DNA of 32,000 bases from Paramicrosporidium saccamoebae KSL3 (Eukaryota > Fungi > Cryptomycota). The translations under genes and the position numbers were made by a program. The notes under the pieces are model-generated. The model had not been told where the DNA came from. It did not search any database and saw nothing but the letters and a program-made list of their open reading frames with translations. Shown in pieces: positions 1-10,438 of the stretch (its first letter is position 1; each line of letters begins with the position of its first letter). The stretch covers positions 46,155 through 78,154 of the forward strand of contig MTSL01000126.1 of NCBI GenBank assembly GCA_002794465.1. Direction: 5' to 3'.

Positions 1-2041
1 TGTGCAGCAATGACACCCGGTCGCTTCTCCTCATTGGGAATAATGCAACGCACAAAGTGCGGCTGGGTAGAGTATAGTTGTTGCATCAGCAGAGCAAGTG
101 ATTCGCGATGTTTCTGGGCCACTGTGCGGAACAGGCCCTTTTTGGTGCCCTTGTTGGCCTGGTATACTTCTTCGTCAGTGCCGAAAAAGTCGGTAAACAA
201 ACTCGAAACAAAGGGCTGACTGGATCGAGCCAGTAGACGTGTGACACTCTCATTAAGTGGATCCTTGTTCTTTACCAACCATCCGTCAGTGCTATATTCT
301 ACTTTGCCTGCATAGTGGTTAATAAGGAAACCATCCCCAAAGCGCGTTACTTCAAACTTGCTCGACTTTCCCTTCCACAATGCGCTCACTTTGTCACAGA
401 ACGAACGATCGGTTGCTCGTGGTACCACACAGTCCTCATCCAAACAAGCGAGCACCCCAATGGGGTTTGACTTCTCAATCAGATCAATAGTTGGCTGCAA
501 ATCCAGGCCAAAATCAATATAATTCCATTCAATGCCTTCGCGTTTATACTCTTCCTGCTCAATGACAAACATGTGATGGTTGAAGAATTGTTGGAGTTTT
601 TCGTTCGTGTGATTAATGCACAGCTGCTCAAACGAGTTTTTTTCAAAAATCTCAAAGCCGGCAATATCGAGGACGCCAATAAAATTGCCCTTGTTGGATG
701 ACTTGTCGATAGACTTGTTGATGCGTTCGACTAGTTTGGTAAACATGCGATCATAAAGGGCTCGTGACAATGCCTCCACTGAATAAATGACTTGGGCCAT
801 ATCTCGGGATTGTGCCACCATTTCATCGCGACCAGCCTTGAACACTGGATTGAGCAGACCGGCCACAAATTCTTCCGTTGGAATCCCCAGACATTTGCAC
901 ACCCTCTCCGCTGCCTCCGGGCTCTTCAAGACGGCCTGGCCCTGCGAGTCTTCCTCAAACGTCAGATTTCCTAGCAAAAGAATTCCTGCTACTATGCGGA
1001 AAAAGGTATTTCTTTCCTCCTCGCTGAAGCCTAGGACATGCATGCATTTGACTAGATTTGCATACTCGGCCCGATCATCCATTCCCTCGACCTCCATGTT
1101 GGACTGTTTCATATAGCTGTAATCCTGTACACTGCCCGAGATGCCTAGTTCGACTTTTAGCGCTTCCGGTGCTCCCGCCAGGAGTTGATAAAACACATGA
1201 AAAGATCGTTCCTTTACATTACGATGCGTTACTCGTCCCTTTTCCAGCAAATATCGCTCAATGTTTCCTCCGCAAATCACTCCCGTCTTGTCAAATTCAA
1301 TCCGCACAAACTTGCCAAAACGCGACGAGTTATTATTGCGCACCGTCTGAGCATTTCCAAAGGCCTCCAAAATGGGATTGGCCTGGATGATCTGTTCCTC
1401 CAGACTGTCAGCCCCGCCGGCAATCTTGGCGAGATATTGGATCACGCGTTTGGTGTTTTCCGTCTTGCCCGCGCCTGACTCGCCCGTGATCAAAATGCTT
1501 TGGTTTTGACGCGTCGAAAGGGCGCGGTAGGCTGCGTCAGCGACGGAGAATATGTGCGGAGGACGATCAACACGACGCTGGTTCTTGTAATGGGCCACAA
1601 TGGGCTCTGTGTATATTGGAATGTTCCGATACGGATTCACGGCCACCAAGAATAATCCACTATACGTCTACATCATCAGGTCTGGTTTAGGAGGGAGCAC
1701 GTAAATGAGATTGGAATCGTAGCGTTGCTTAAGATTGTTGAGTACGGTTGCTTCATTCAGTTCGCTCAATTCGGCAATGTCTTCGCATCTGTCATAGCGG
1801 GTCGCATTTCCCGCCACAACCCTCTCCTTTTCCACCGTCTCCCTCTATCCGTAATTAGCATCCATCCGGATGGTACGGTCCTATCAGCAAACTCCAGCAG
1901 ACATTGGTCACCCCGCTCCACGACAGTCACGGGCACGTAGCCGTGCTCCTTGCTTGCCAGCCATGCGCACGGCGTGTCTTGCCACTCCAGCTCCACCGTA
2001 CCGACGGGACGGAGATAGCGCGACTCTTCAGGTGATAGCAT
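1..2041 (-). CDS. MYO1: Myosin class II heavy chain, N-terminal SH3-like plus motor domain; 3' part runs off the left edge. Exons 2041-1877, 1844-1701, 1667-<1
   Basis: Manual minus-strand translation after removing GT-AG introns 1876-1845 (32 nt) and 1700-1668 (33 nt): EDIAELSELNEATVLNNLKQRY, IY|TYSGLFLVAVNPY, GESGAGKTENTKRVIQYLA, NAQTVRNNNSSRFGKF, LDIAGFE, IDFGLDLQPTIDLIEK, KKGLFRTVAQKHRESL, STQPHFVRCIIPN. These are class II signatures. Mostly absent from the ORF track. The start codon is the least certain part. Confidence 0.95.
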
Positions 2042-2470
2042 TGTACACCTGTTGACTTGCGCTGGCAATCTATGAAGCCACTCGCTGGAAAAGGAAATCG
2101 TAAACAATCTAGTCAAATCCCGCCACCCGGCACATGTTGGCACGACAATGGCTTGGATGAATGGTTTACATCAGAATAGAGGCTTTATTAGTAAAACAAT
2201 CCAGCAGCTGCGTCCGCTGTCCGCATTGTAGCCTTTAATTCGGATCCAAGGTGCATCTCAGGGTGCCTACATTAGACTTGTGCCAGTCCAAATCTACCGT
2301 GGTTGTTTCATCGATAGCACCCAATATGGTACTTTTATAAAGCTAATGGACGATCACCCGCAACTTTGGTCATCCCAACTCCAACTCTTTCATCATTGGA
2401 CACTAGCCGATATAGCCCAAAGAGGAAGGTGGCCAATCTGGACAAATTAGCCTCGGGGCTTGCATAAATC

Positions 2471-4949
2471 ATGCTCTGTTCTCTACGGACCCTAATTGGC
2501 AGGACCCGCGCTATCCGACCCCTCCAACTCCGCTCCCTCAGCGTCTCGGTTGTACACATTGCCAAACCAACCCTTACTAGCCCACTTCGAACGTACACGA
2601 CAAAAAAGAAGATGAGAATGGAGGAAAAGGTAGCCATTAGTTTGCTGGAGAAGCAACAGTATTTACAATATGAAAAGTATGAGAAAAACCTCAAAATTGT
2701 GCGGGACAAGTACGGACGACTGTGAAAGTTGACTTTTAGATTGAAGCGTCCGTTGACATTGTCAGAAAAGATTCTTTACAGCCATTTGGACAATCCGCAA
2801 GAGCAAGACATTGAGCGTGGAAAATCCTACTTGATGCTTAATCCTGACCGTGTTGCCCTACAAGACGTCACTGCGCAAGTGCGTTTAATCTGTAACAACG
2901 CTAACATGGTAGATGGCAATCATGCAAATTGTGTCGGGAGGCGTGCCAAAGGTGGCAGTTCCCTCCACAATCCACTGTGACCACTTGATTCAGGCCGAAT
3001 TTGGTGCCGTGGAAGACTTGACCAAGTCCAAGACGCAGGACAAGGAAGTGTACACTTTCCTCAAGACGGCCAGCGGCAAGTACGGACTCGGCTTCTGGGG
3101 ACCGGGCAGTGGCATTATCCATCAGATTGTTTTGGAAAACTATGCGTTTCCCGGTGGATTGATGATTGGAACGGACAGTCACACCCCCAATGCGGGTGGT
3201 CTTGGGATGGCTGCCATTGGAGTTGGCGGAGCTGATGCAGTAGACGTGATGGCCGGCTACCCGTGGGAGCTAAAGTGTCCCAAGGTGATTGGAGTACATC
3301 TCACAGGCAAACTTGATGGATGGGCTTCTGCCAAGGACATTATCCTGCGCGTCGCTAGCATCCTCACAGTCAAGGGAGGCACTGGCGCGATTGTCGAATA
3401 TTACGGACCGGGTGTGGACTCTATCTCCTGCACGGGAATGGCCACTATTTGTAATATGGGAGCAGAGATTGGGGCCACCACCTCAGTGTTCCCCTTTAAC
3501 CAGCGCATGGTCAAGTATCTTGAGGCTACAGGTCGTGGCGCCATTGCTACTGAGGCTTTGAAACACAAGGACCTACTTTCAGCCGATTCGGGCTGCGAAT
3601 ATGACCGTGTGATTGAAATCAACCTTGATGAGCTGCGTCCCCACATCAATGGACCCTATACACCCGACCTGTCCACTCCGCTTAGCTCAATGAAGGAGGC
3701 CGTGAAGAAGAATGACTGGCCATCTGAAATTCGAGTCGCTTTGATTGGCAGCTGCACCAACAGCAGCTATGAAGACATGTCCCGTTCTGCCAGTATAGCT
3801 CGTCAAGCATCGGCCAAGGGACTCAAAGTAAAGTCGAAATTTACCGTAACGCCCGGCTCTGAACAAATCCGCGCCACCATTGAACGCGATCATTTAATGA
3901 AAGACTTTGAGGAGGTTGGAGCCATGGTCCTGGCCAACGCGTGCGGTCCCTGCATTGGGCAGTGGAAGCGAAAGGATGTGAAGCCTGGAGAGAAGAATAC
4001 CATTCTGACCTCTTACAATCGCAACTTTACCGGCCGCAATGATGCGAATCCTGGAACACATGCATTCATTGGTTCACCAGAAATTGTCACGGCAATGGCA
4101 TTCAGTGCCGACTTGACGTTCAACCCAATGACAGATTCGTTGGATCTGCCCAACGGCGAAAAGTTCAAGTTTAGTCCTCCGGTTGGTGATGAGCTTCCCT
4201 CTCGTGGCTTTGATGCGGGAGAGAATACGTATCAACCGCCGGCAGAGGATCCGTCGGGATTGAAGATTGACGTTGATCCCAATAGTAATCGTTTGCAGCT
4301 CCTGGCGCCGTTCAAGCCGTGGGACAAGAAGGATCGTCACGACCTCCCCATCCTGATCAAAGTCAAGGGAAAATGTACTACTGATCACATCAGCGCCGCT
4401 GGACCGTGGCTAAAGTATCGTGGTCATCTTGATAACATTTCCAACAATTACATGATCGGAGCGGTGAATGCCGAAAATGACAAAGTGAACAATATTCGCA
4501 ATGTCCTCACGGACAAGTACGAGCCGGTCCCACAAGTAGCGCGTGATTACAAGAAAAATGGTATTAATTGGGTCGTCATTGGTGATGAGAATGTCGGCGA
4601 GGGAAGTAGTCGCGAACATGCAGCCCTTGAGCCACGCTACCTGAATGGATTTGCCATCATTACCAAGAGCTTTGCACGCATTCACGAGACCAATCTCAAG
4701 AAGCAAGGAATGCTTCCCTTTACCTTCCAGGATCCGGCTGACTATGACAAGATCCAATCGACGGATCGTGTGAATTTCATTGACATTGAAGGAAACTTGA
4801 AGCCGAATAAGGCCTTCCCGATGGAGGTGAAACGTGCAGACGGCAGCAAATTCACTGTAATGCTGAACCACACGATGAATGCGCAGCACATTGAATGGTT
4901 CAAGGCCGGAAGTGCCCTAAACCTGATTGCTGCCACCAACCGAAAGTGA
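2471..4949 (+). CDS. ACO1: Mitochondrial aconitate hydratase, about 804 aa. Exons 2471-2709, 2740-2878, 2913-4949
   Basis: Introns 2710-2739 (30 nt) and 2879-2912 (34 nt, GCTAAC branch point) join three ORFs in frame. Motifs [57 protein letters not shown]. The Arg/Ser/Leu-rich N-terminus resembles a mitochondrial presequence. Confidence 0.97.
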
Positions 4950-5120
4950 TAGGCACTGAAATAAACCCGAGTGCGAATACGTAGGTGCGATATATGTGGC
5001 TGTGATGGATGTGCGGAATGTGAGTGCAGTAGATGTAAGTACGAGTGCAAAGAGCTTATATTCTCATTTAAAGCACTCTATCCGTTAGTTCGCCCATCGA
5101 TTCAACCATCCCCTCTCTTT

Positions 5121-5167
5121 AAACCTCAAATCTCAAATCTCAAATCTCAACGCTCAAAATCTCAAAT
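5121..5167. repeat. (TCTCAAA)n short tandem repeat downstream of the TSR1 stop
   Basis: CCTCAAA TCTCAAA TCTCAAA TCTCAA CGCTCAAAA TCTCAAA. Confidence 0.8.
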
Positions 5168-5185
5168 AATCTTCTTTATTAATAT

Positions 5186-7351
5186 CTATAAGGACCGTGT
5201 CGTCCATTTGGGAAAGACACGCTTGTAGAGATGCATTGCTACTGAATCGTGATGAAAGATGACTCGGTCAAATTGACATTTCATGTAGCCATGTGTTCCC
5301 AATGATTCGCGAATATGTCCCCTTCCACCTAATCGGGTACTGAGCTCCACAGGCTTAAACCACATGACATCTTCGGGAGTGGCAAACATGAACCGTACGA
5401 CAGCTGAACGCTTATGAACCTTGTATGGCAGGCCAGTGAGGGTGATGCGTTTGAGAATGACGCGATGTGGGTCCAGATCCTGGACTGAGCCGCTGGCCAC
5501 CAATTCCAAGCCGTTGGGAGTGCAACGGAACAGCAGTACGGGGGCGGGGTTGTAGGTTACCGGCGCATAAACTGTGCCGACAAACATGGTCTGTATCTCG
5601 GGACCCACCTGACGGAGCATTTTGTGCAGATTCGTGGTAGTGTGTTCGGAAAAGATGGGGGTGATGAAAAACTTGCGGAATCCAATCATGGCCACCAATT
5701 CCTCCTTGTTACTGAGCGTCCCTTCAAAGGACTTGCAACGATTGAGGGTAAAATTTACCACCGTTTTGCGCTGTTCATGCTTCAACAGTCCAAAAACGGA
5801 AACATTTTGACCAGCCTGTTCCAATCTCTGCAGCTGTTCACTACTCATTCCGGAAATATACAAAATAACCCGCTGGCCCACAAGGAACGGGGTCTGAGCA
5901 GAGATTACTGTCTCCCCGCATCCCTCCAGCGCAATCTTCCTCGACTGGCGATAATTTGCAAATCGGAAAATCTTTCCATAATCAAAGGGGAGGTTTTCAT
6001 TGACATCCCAAGAAGAAGTGCGCATACTCTGCACTCCACGGTATTTTTGAAGTCTGCTCCGAGCAGACATTTCATGGTTGAGTTCAATTTCATCTGCAAA
6101 ATGGCGCTCGGTAAAGACGAGTTCTTTGTGTTCCTGCAGTTTGGCATTGTGCTCATCAATATCCATTCCTTCGTCAATCTCTGAGCCGCTGTCGGCTTGT
6201 TCTGCTTGGATTTCCTCCATTTCCTCGTCCTCTTCAGAGCCGACTTGGTCGATCCAAGCCGCTTGGTACGATGAGGTTCCCTTTGGCACTTTGATCGACC
6301 CGGAGGTATTGGCCATTTCCACATTGTCATGGAGCTCGGCCATTTCTTCCTCAGCAGCCTGCATCATTGCCTCGGCACTGAATGGATCACCGGCTCCTTC
6401 CGATTCTAGCGGCTCGGCCTTGTCCTCTTCCCGTATTTGAGTGAGAGGACTGTCAACTTCCATCGAGCTTCGCCCCGTCCTGGGAATGGCCTCAATTTTG
6501 GAGACGGCAAAGGTCTCGTTTTGGAAATGCACAAGCTGATTTGCAGAGAATGGCTTTCCACCACGAATGCATCCTGTTACTTGGGCTACTCCATCTCTGA
6601 TGGTCACAGAGTCGGAAATCATGTATGGACGAGGATCGCGCCATGAAATTCCATTAAGGTGCTGTTGACAAAGCAACCTCTCCAACTCAAGAGCCTCTCT
6701 GGAGTCATCACCCTGCATCATGGACTCTGTGCAGTAGGCCTTACCAACAGAGGACATTACAGCTTGCAGCATTCCTAACCATCCCGATCTAACCGTTTGG
6801 GGATGTTTGTGGACTGTTAGTTGCTGCAAAACGGCTGCCGACGAGGACACTCCAATTCCTCTAATCACAGCAAGTGCATCTCTGCCAAATCCGTCCAAAT
6901 CTTCATCAACTGAGGAAGCCACTAGCAAAATGCAATCGGCAATTTGGGCAGCATCCATTACCTGTAAAATCCATTTTGAGTGGTCGTTGACCCGCTCACA
7001 GTTGATAAACTGGAGGTTTTGCTTGTTCCTCTCCGAGTAATACCTTCCACTGAATGGAAGCACTCTTGCCATGTCCACCGACGACGATACGGGTATCACT
7101 GCAATCACTCGGGACATTCCATCCCGTCCTGAATACACTCTTCGTTGTGCAGCCAGCTCGTTTCGTTTCTGCTGCTGGAGCAACGCTGCCTTGTTCTTCC
7201 GGTCCGCCTTTGAGAGATCCGCAGTTACGCTGGCTGAGCCTTTTTTGCGCTCAATGCGACCCCGAGAATGTGAGCGGGCACCACCCTTGAAGGGTTTGTT
7301 GCGTTGTTTGAGGGAAGAGCGATGGTGATGGCCTTTCTTTTCTTCACTCAT
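5186..7351 (-). CDS. TSR1: Pre-40S ribosome assembly factor Tsr1 (BMS1/TSR1 family)
   Basis: N-terminal HRSSLKQRNKPFK, SARSRLQKYRGVQSMRTSSWD, YGKIFRF, C-terminal GRGHIRESLGTHGYMKCQFD and LYKRVFPKW. Start placed at Met43 of the 763-aa ORF (MSEEKKGHHHR), based on family N-terminus. Confidence 0.93.
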   Translation of the reverse strand: MSEEKKGHHHRSSLKQRNKPFKGGARSHSRGRIERKKGSASVTADLSKADRKNKAALLQQQKRNELAAQRRVYSGRDGMSRVIAVIPVSSSVDMARVLPFSGRYYSERNKQNLQFINCERVNDHSKWILQVMDAAQIADCILLVASSVDEDLDGFGRDALAVIRGIGVSSSAAVLQQLTVHKHPQTVRSGWLGMLQAVMSSVGKAYCTESMMQGDDSREALELERLLCQQHLNGISWRDPRPYMISDSVTIRDGVAQVTGCIRGGKPFSANQLVHFQNETFAVSKIEAIPRTGRSSMEVDSPLTQIREEDKAEPLESEGAGDPFSAEAMMQAAEEEMAELHDNVEMANTSGSIKVPKGTSSYQAAWIDQVGSEEDEEMEEIQAEQADSGSEIDEGMDIDEHNAKLQEHKELVFTERHFADEIELNHEMSARSRLQKYRGVQSMRTSSWDVNENLPFDYGKIFRFANYRQSRKIALEGCGETVISAQTPFLVGQRVILYISGMSSEQLQRLEQAGQNVSVFGLLKHEQRKTVVNFTLNRCKSFEGTLSNKEELVAMIGFRKFFITPIFSEHTTTNLHKMLRQVGPEIQTMFVGTVYAPVTYNPAPVLLFRCTPNGLELVASGSVQDLDPHRVILKRITLTGLPYKVHKRSAVVRFMFATPEDVMWFKPVELSTRLGGRGHIRESLGTHGYMKCQFDRVIFHHDSVAMHLYKRVFPKWTTRSL

Positions 7352-7640
7352 CCCAAGAGGATCGTCCGTCCGGGGTGTCCCCCTGGTGTTTGTAAAATGT
7401 CTATATGACATGGCATTAATCGACTGTATCTTGAGGGTAGTCGCTTTTCCATTAATCAGCCGTATATCGAAATGCAAGTTGCCATCTTTTATAATCCAGA
7501 AACTCTGTAGGTAGCTAGGCGATGTGATTAAACTGGCGAGTCGAGTGTCAGATTCGATCCAGGCGATCCGCTATACGAATAGCTTATCGTTCTTATCCTT
7601 GTGCAGTTTCTTTATTTCGTAGTGTAAAGAGACGTTATTC

Positions 7641-7670
7641 CTCTCCATCTCCATCTCAATCTCAATCTCA
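7641..7670. repeat. (ATCTC[CA])n hexamer repeat in the TSR1/NOP10 divergent promoter
   Basis: CTCTCC ATCTCC ATCTCA ATCTCA ATCTCA. Confidence 0.8.
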
Positions 7671-7731
7671 GTCGTGCTAGTCTTTACCTTATACAGACAA
7701 CACCTTCCCATGATACCCCGGTCATACCAAA

Positions 7732-7957
7732 ATGTTCTTGATGCACTACTTGGACCCGACAGGCAACCGTGTCTACACACTCAAAGTACATACAAACCGG
7801 TTTATTGATATGTTAGAAAGCCAACCCTAACGACGAGGCTACCATGTCGGCCCACCCGGCACGTTTCTCTCCCGACGACAAATACTCGCGTCACCGTGTC
7901 ACCCTGAAGAAGCGGTTCGGCATCCTGCTCACCCAGCTTCCCTGCAAGCCGTATTAA
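7732..7957 (+). CDS. NOP10: H/ACA snoRNP subunit Nop10, 64 aa. Exons 7732-7785, 7817-7957
   Basis: Not in the ORF track. Removing GT-AG intron 7786-7816 (31 nt) gives [18 protein letters not shown]|[61 protein letters not shown] is the Nop10 signature. Confidence 0.97.
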
Positions 7958-8147
7958 TAAATAGATCTATTGCATTACCTCTGTGCATTTTGTGTCTTTA
8001 TAAGAGTGTGTCACTATTTGGGGGAGGCATTATCGGGGATCAATGTTATTGGGACTCTTGTCGCTATACTTTAACAGTATGGGGATGTCTCGCTACTAGG
8101 CACTACTGTAAATTACTATACATCGTTATACACTATGATATACAGCG

Positions 8148-9647
8148 CTACTCATGTTTATTGTCGAGCTCCATGCTGGCAGGCGAGGAAAGGGATGTAT
8201 AGCATGCATCAATTAGTTCGGCTTCCTCATCTAAAAGCAGTGGACGACTGGCAGTGGCTATCAAGTCGGCAGGTGACTGTGAACGTGAGGCATCTCTGGT
8301 CATATCGCTTGCTGAGGCGGACGTGGGAACTAATTGCTCCGCCTCTCCATCAATAGCGCCATCGCTACGCCATCGACGATGTAGAGAGGGCGACATTGGC
8401 CGTATGGGTTTTGGTACTGGCTGACTCCGGAACCAGCCCAGAGCAAATCCAACCGCCACAACACTTATTAAAGCAGTTATTTGAAGCAAACTGTATATGG
8501 CAATCCAGAATACGAGACGGTCATTCAGTCGCACCTCTTCGAGCATCTGATCTACTTGTTCAGTAATTCCTCGAGTATACTCGACAGTACGTTTCTCAAT
8601 GTGGTGGAGTAGACGCGCTCTAAATGACCTTTTTCTACTTGCATTGCTAAATAATGGATTCTTAGGGTTCGTCTCAATGATACCAATCTCCTCTTGGACG
8701 TATTTCATGTCACCAGTTAGCATTTTAATCTCTTCTTGCAAATTTTTGGAGGACCGGGTGACGTTCCTCTCCAACTGCTGCAATCGATCATAGATTGCCT
8801 TGAAGACATTTTCCTGGGGAAGCCGTACCGGCGGGAATTCGCCATCTTCAGAGTCGACTGTTTTGGTTGTTGTAGGGGGAGTGGCCCGACAGGACTGCGG
8901 TTGGAAGAGCTTCATAAAGTCATAGACTGCCGTTTGCAACTCAGCCGGCAGTTGATCGGCTACAGGTTCCTCGACATGTTCCGTTGTCTTTTGCACACTT
9001 CTGGGCTCAATGCTGGCAGTGGACAAGACGGTAGCCTTGATTGTGGAGATGGGAACCGACTCTCTCGGCTGCTTCTTTTCCGGTAGGGCGGATGCACTCT
9101 CTTCAAACACCTCCATCATTGTCTTTCCCAAGACCCGCAAAACGCTCACCAGACAGTAATATTCGTTGCCGTAGTGTGTATCAAAGTCGATCCTTAAATA
9201 CCGCGTATACATTTCGGCTCCCTCTACCCGAAACACTTGCTCTCCCCTCCCATTTTCAGCCACAAACTGACCCACCTCACGCCATCCCACAGCTGGATAT
9301 CTTTTGGAAACACTCACTCGAAACTCACGCACCGTGGAACTAAAATATTCAAAATTGGCGAGGATGAGAGTGTCAATGCGAATGTCCTGGCAGAGTTCGA
9401 TGATAATATGCTTGGAAGGGTAGGAGCACAGATTCAGGAGATAGGTGTCTTTTTGGGACTGCAGGATGGAGCTAGCAGACTTGCAGCCTCGGTTGGTGGA
9501 TAGTACCCGGGCAGCGCAGTCTGACGAAGCATAATTATAACGGGCCTTTAACGTCTCTAGAATTTCTTCCTTTGTGACGGCCTTGTGCGCCACCGGACTG
9601 GCCAGATGTAGCAGCGCGGCTGCCAGCAACCACTGCACAGCAATCAT
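8148..9647 (-). CDS. SLP1: Mid-SUN (Sad1/UNC-like) domain ER membrane protein, SLP1/SUCO family
   Basis: Signal peptide, NYASSDCAARV, KDTYLLNLC, IELCQDIRIDTLILANFEYFSS, HYGNEYYCLVSVLRVLG, ENVFKAIYDRLQQLERN coiled coil and a C-terminal hydrophobic helix (LVFWIAIYSLLQ...). Confidence 0.88.
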   Translation of the reverse strand: MIAVQWLLAAALLHLASPVAHKAVTKEEILETLKARYNYASSDCAARVLSTNRGCKSASSILQSQKDTYLLNLCSYPSKHIIIELCQDIRIDTLILANFEYFSSTVREFRVSVSKRYPAVGWREVGQFVAENGRGEQVFRVEGAEMYTRYLRIDFDTHYGNEYYCLVSVLRVLGKTMMEVFEESASALPEKKQPRESVPISTIKATVLSTASIEPRSVQKTTEHVEEPVADQLPAELQTAVYDFMKLFQPQSCRATPPTTTKTVDSEDGEFPPVRLPQENVFKAIYDRLQQLERNVTRSSKNLQEEIKMLTGDMKYVQEEIGIIETNPKNPLFSNASRKRSFRARLLHHIEKRTVEYTRGITEQVDQMLEEVRLNDRLVFWIAIYSLLQITALISVVAVGFALGWFRSQPVPKPIRPMSPSLHRRWRSDGAIDGEAEQLVPTSASASDMTRDASRSQSPADLIATASRPLLLDEEAELIDACYTSLSSPASMELDNKHE

Positions 9648-9673
9648 CTAAGAGAAATGGAAACAATTGTTAA

Positions 9674-10081
9674 ATGTTGCATGATGAGACAACCCAAATC
9701 GAGCAGGCTCGACAGGACCTAAAGGACGCCCAAGATGATCTGACAAATATCCTCAACCACGGACCCGCTGAAATTTTGCAATTTGTACACAAAGTTAGTA
9801 GTATTTATGTGCACAGATGGGAGAATCGCTGGCCAAGATTGTATCCATCCACTTGTGACTGCTCATCATTGCAGGAACGGAATATGAAGCACAATCACAA
9901 CGTGCTGCAACAACAAGGTAGCCTACTTACATGACTAACCATGTCCGTAGCGAGTCACCTGATGGAAAAGGTGGACGCTTTAGAAGCTTCCTTACTAAGC
10001 GCTGGCATGATTGGCGCGACGAGCACGAATGCGAGGGCTGAGACGCCAGATGTGTCTGATGAATACCCAGCCAAGAAATAA
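9674..10081 (+). CDS. Small orphan helical/coiled-coil protein, about 105 aa. Exons 9674-9793, 9817-9840, 9875-9917, 9951-10081
   Basis: Candidate introns 9794-9816 (23 nt), 9841-9874 (34 nt) and 9918-9950 (33 nt, GACTAAC branch point) give MLHDETTQIEQARQDLKDAQDDLTNILNHGPAEILQFVHK|MGESLAKI|ERNMKHNHNVLQQQ|ASHLMEKVDALEASLLSAG...PAKK. AATAAA overlaps the stop codon. No family recognised. Confidence 0.6.
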
Positions 10082-10438
10082 ATTGTTCTGTAACCGAGGG
10101 ATTCTGCTTCGTAGTAATAATTGAGGAGTTTTAACCAGAGCTACGACATATTTCCTAGTCTGTAAATGTGATACTCTTTCATAATCGCAGGGAAACCCAT
10201 TATATTTGACAGCCATTACGGAAGACGTATCAGCACACCATAACACGTCGTACCACATAATACACCATGAAAGTTGGATGATTGGATCCACGGTATACAT
10301 CACGAACCAGTGGAGACTGTCGACTACTGAACGAACCAATCATAACCTCTGCCAGAGGGTTCCCATTGGTCAGAGGGCATTGGCAGGGACGGTTCGCGCT
10401 CACCCCTACTGCTGCAGTCATTCTGATCGCAGTGCATT

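Noticed and set aside
609-611. Myosin II relay helix CINHTNEK instead of CINYTNEK
   Set aside because: It is a single substitution with all nucleotide-binding motifs intact, and I cannot judge its rarity without an alignment.
787-1940. Plus-strand short ORFs over myosin II, and other short nested ORFs opposite long genes
   Set aside because: They are antisense or alternative-frame shadows of well-supported coding regions.
2160-2470. Possible small minus-strand gene between myosin II and ACO1 (fragment ILGAIDETTTVDLDW faintly recalls an Lsm8 C-terminus)
   Set aside because: No GT-AG intron arrangement I tried links it to a start or an Sm fold. The region is more simply the shared divergent promoter.
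9995-10339. 114-aa minus-strand ORF
   Set aside because: It overlaps the last exon of the 9674 gene antisense, crosses a pentamer-repeat tract and CCAAT boxes, and has no recognisable motif.
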